The position numbers and the translations under genes are program-made. Under the pieces are notes generated by a model, which was not told where the DNA came from, did no database searches, and saw only the letters and a list, made by a program, of their open reading frames with translations. 64,000 nt of DNA from Felis catus (Eukaryota): contig NC_058377.1 of the NCBI RefSeq assembly GCF_018350175.1, positions 90,024,001 through 90,088,000 of the forward strand, read 5' to 3'. Shown here in pieces: positions 62,826-64,000 of the stretch (positions within the stretch are counted from its first letter, which is position 1; each line of letters opens with the position of its first letter).

Positions 62826-62932
62826 TTTTATAAGCTTTTATTTTTAAGTAATCCGTACACCCAATGTGGGGCTCAAACCCACAACCCCAAGACTGAGAGT
62901 TGCACATTCCAACTGAGCCAGCCAGGTGCCCC
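62826..62932 (-). mobile_element. Short old carnivore SINE (no CT tract), 16-bp TSD taaggtacatttattt
   Basis: TSD copies at 62810-62825 and 62933-62948. Confidence 0.85.
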
Positions 62933-63249
62933 TAAGGTACATTTATTTTATATTATTTTCTTAGAGCATAGAGACTCACCTCCTAGTGTGCAACAGAAGT
63001 GTTTTAAGTAGAAGTGGCTGATTTACCTGTTTATTTACCTGAGGGTCAGGAGGGGACAAGACAGCAGTTACTTTTCCCACCGCAGGAGAAACTGAAATAA
63101 GAATCTAAATTGCTCCACTTGCTGTCCAGTGTTCTTTTCCCTAAGTAACTTGTTATGTGTAAGACTAGCCCCAGAAGGGCCTGTGTTCTAGGTGATAATG
63201 TTGTCTGTGCTTGGCTCCGTTACAGGACATGGCTCTGACACTTACGTAC

Positions 63250-63545
63250 CTTATTGATTTGATGATGCAAGCTCTGCAGAACCTGTGGCCGCACGGTGTC
63301 TGCACTGCCTCCCGGAGAGCCATCAGGCAGATGGGGCACTCATACTTGCTCTCCAGGGGCGGGTCAAACTCCACGTCATACCCCTGGGTCTCTTCCATGA
63401 AAGAGTTGGAGAGGTTCCCCGTGCTGGCGGTTCCACTCACACTGTCATCTTTCGCCGCAGCGCTACAGGAGCTGGCCATGGCGGCACAGCAGTCACTCTC
63501 AGACTGGCTGGATCCGCAGCTGTTTTCACAGTTTAGCAGACTCAT
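63250..63545 (-). CDS. TRAF6: TRAF6 first coding exon ([10 protein letters not shown]...RING N-terminal part ...CIIKSIR). Whole exon is 63250-63567, including 22 nt of 5'UTR
   Basis: ATG at 63545; acceptor cctacag|AGCGG at 63567; donor ATAAG|gtacgt; C3HC-type RING motif [24 protein letters not shown]. Confidence 0.98.
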
Positions 63546-63762
63546 AGTAACGTAATTATCAACCGCTCTGTAGGAACAATGAGAAAAGAATGCATTAACA
63601 TGTGCACACAGGCACACACGTATGCCATAGCCTACCTGTACACTTCACCTTTCGGTTGATATGCATTAGCTAAGTTAACGTTATTCACAGAAGACTTTGA
63701 AAGTTCTTTGAGTTTTGCTTCATGACTACGATTCTTATTTTAAAAATATTTTTTATATTTTT

Positions 63763-63984
63763 TTTTTTAATTTTTTTTTTTCAACGTTTATTTATTTTTG
63801 GGACAGAGAGAGACAGAGCATGAACGGGGGAGGGGCAGAGAGAGAGGGAGACACAGAATCGGAAACAGGCTCCAGGCTCTGAGCCATCAGCCCAGAGCCT
63901 GACGCGGGGCTCGAACTCCCGGACCGCGAGATCGTGACCTGGCTGAAGTCGGACGCTTAACCGACTGCGCCACCCAGGCGCCCC
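63763..63984 (-). mobile_element. Young felid SINEC with TSD tattttttatattttt
   Basis: TSD copies at 63747-63762 and 63985-64000. Confidence 0.96.
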
Positions 63985-64000
63985 TATTTTTTATATTTTT

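Noticed and set aside
63265-63280. RING substitution K91R (FCRAC versus recalled human FCKAC) and E-to-V in coding exon 5
   Set aside because: K91R is conservative, and all zinc ligands and K124 are retained; no basis to claim a functional effect for either change.
63546-63617. In-frame upstream ATG giving a 24-aa N-terminal extension of TRAF6
   Set aside because: The ATG at 63617 lies in intron 1, upstream of the acceptor at 63567, so it is not in spliced mRNA.
1-64000. tRNA, rRNA, CRISPR or prokaryote-style systems
   Set aside because: None seen. The tRNA-like A/B boxes belong to SINE heads, and the repeated units are dispersed retroposons, not spaced arrays.

Overview
Mammalian genomic DNA from a cat-family animal, judged by the many carnivore tRNA-derived SINEs, including a very young felid-type subfamily. 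Two convergent genes. PRR5L (Protor-2, mTORC2-associated) is on +: its last five coding exons run 4389-26601, with 3'UTR to a poly(A) signal at 28976; earlier exons are upstream of the window. TRAF6 is on -: all six coding exons are present (ATG 63545 to TAG 49589; 1626 nt, 541 aa), with a probable ~6.1 kb 3'UTR to ~43420; the non-coding first exon and promoter lie beyond the window end. Both genes need a non-canonical GC-AG intron to keep their frame. The rest is intron and intergenic sequence with SINEs, L1, L2, MIR, hAT MITEs, LTR remnants and two N gaps. Almost all other ORFs in the track look spurious. I found no wholly new gene system. The best candidate novelty is a near-identical (3 mismatches in 190 nt) inverted pair of young SINEs bracketing TRAF6's start-codon exon. 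That exon is 318 nt and stop-free in frame when circularised, which predicts a lineage-specific circRNA with an endless ORF, or skipping of most of the RING domain. Also notable: a SINE+L1 composite inside one target-site duplication, a copy of a 3'UTR SINE plus its unique flank in intron 3, and twin miR-146 sites fused to AUUUA. All comparisons to human proteins and repeat consensi are from memory, not from alignments run here.
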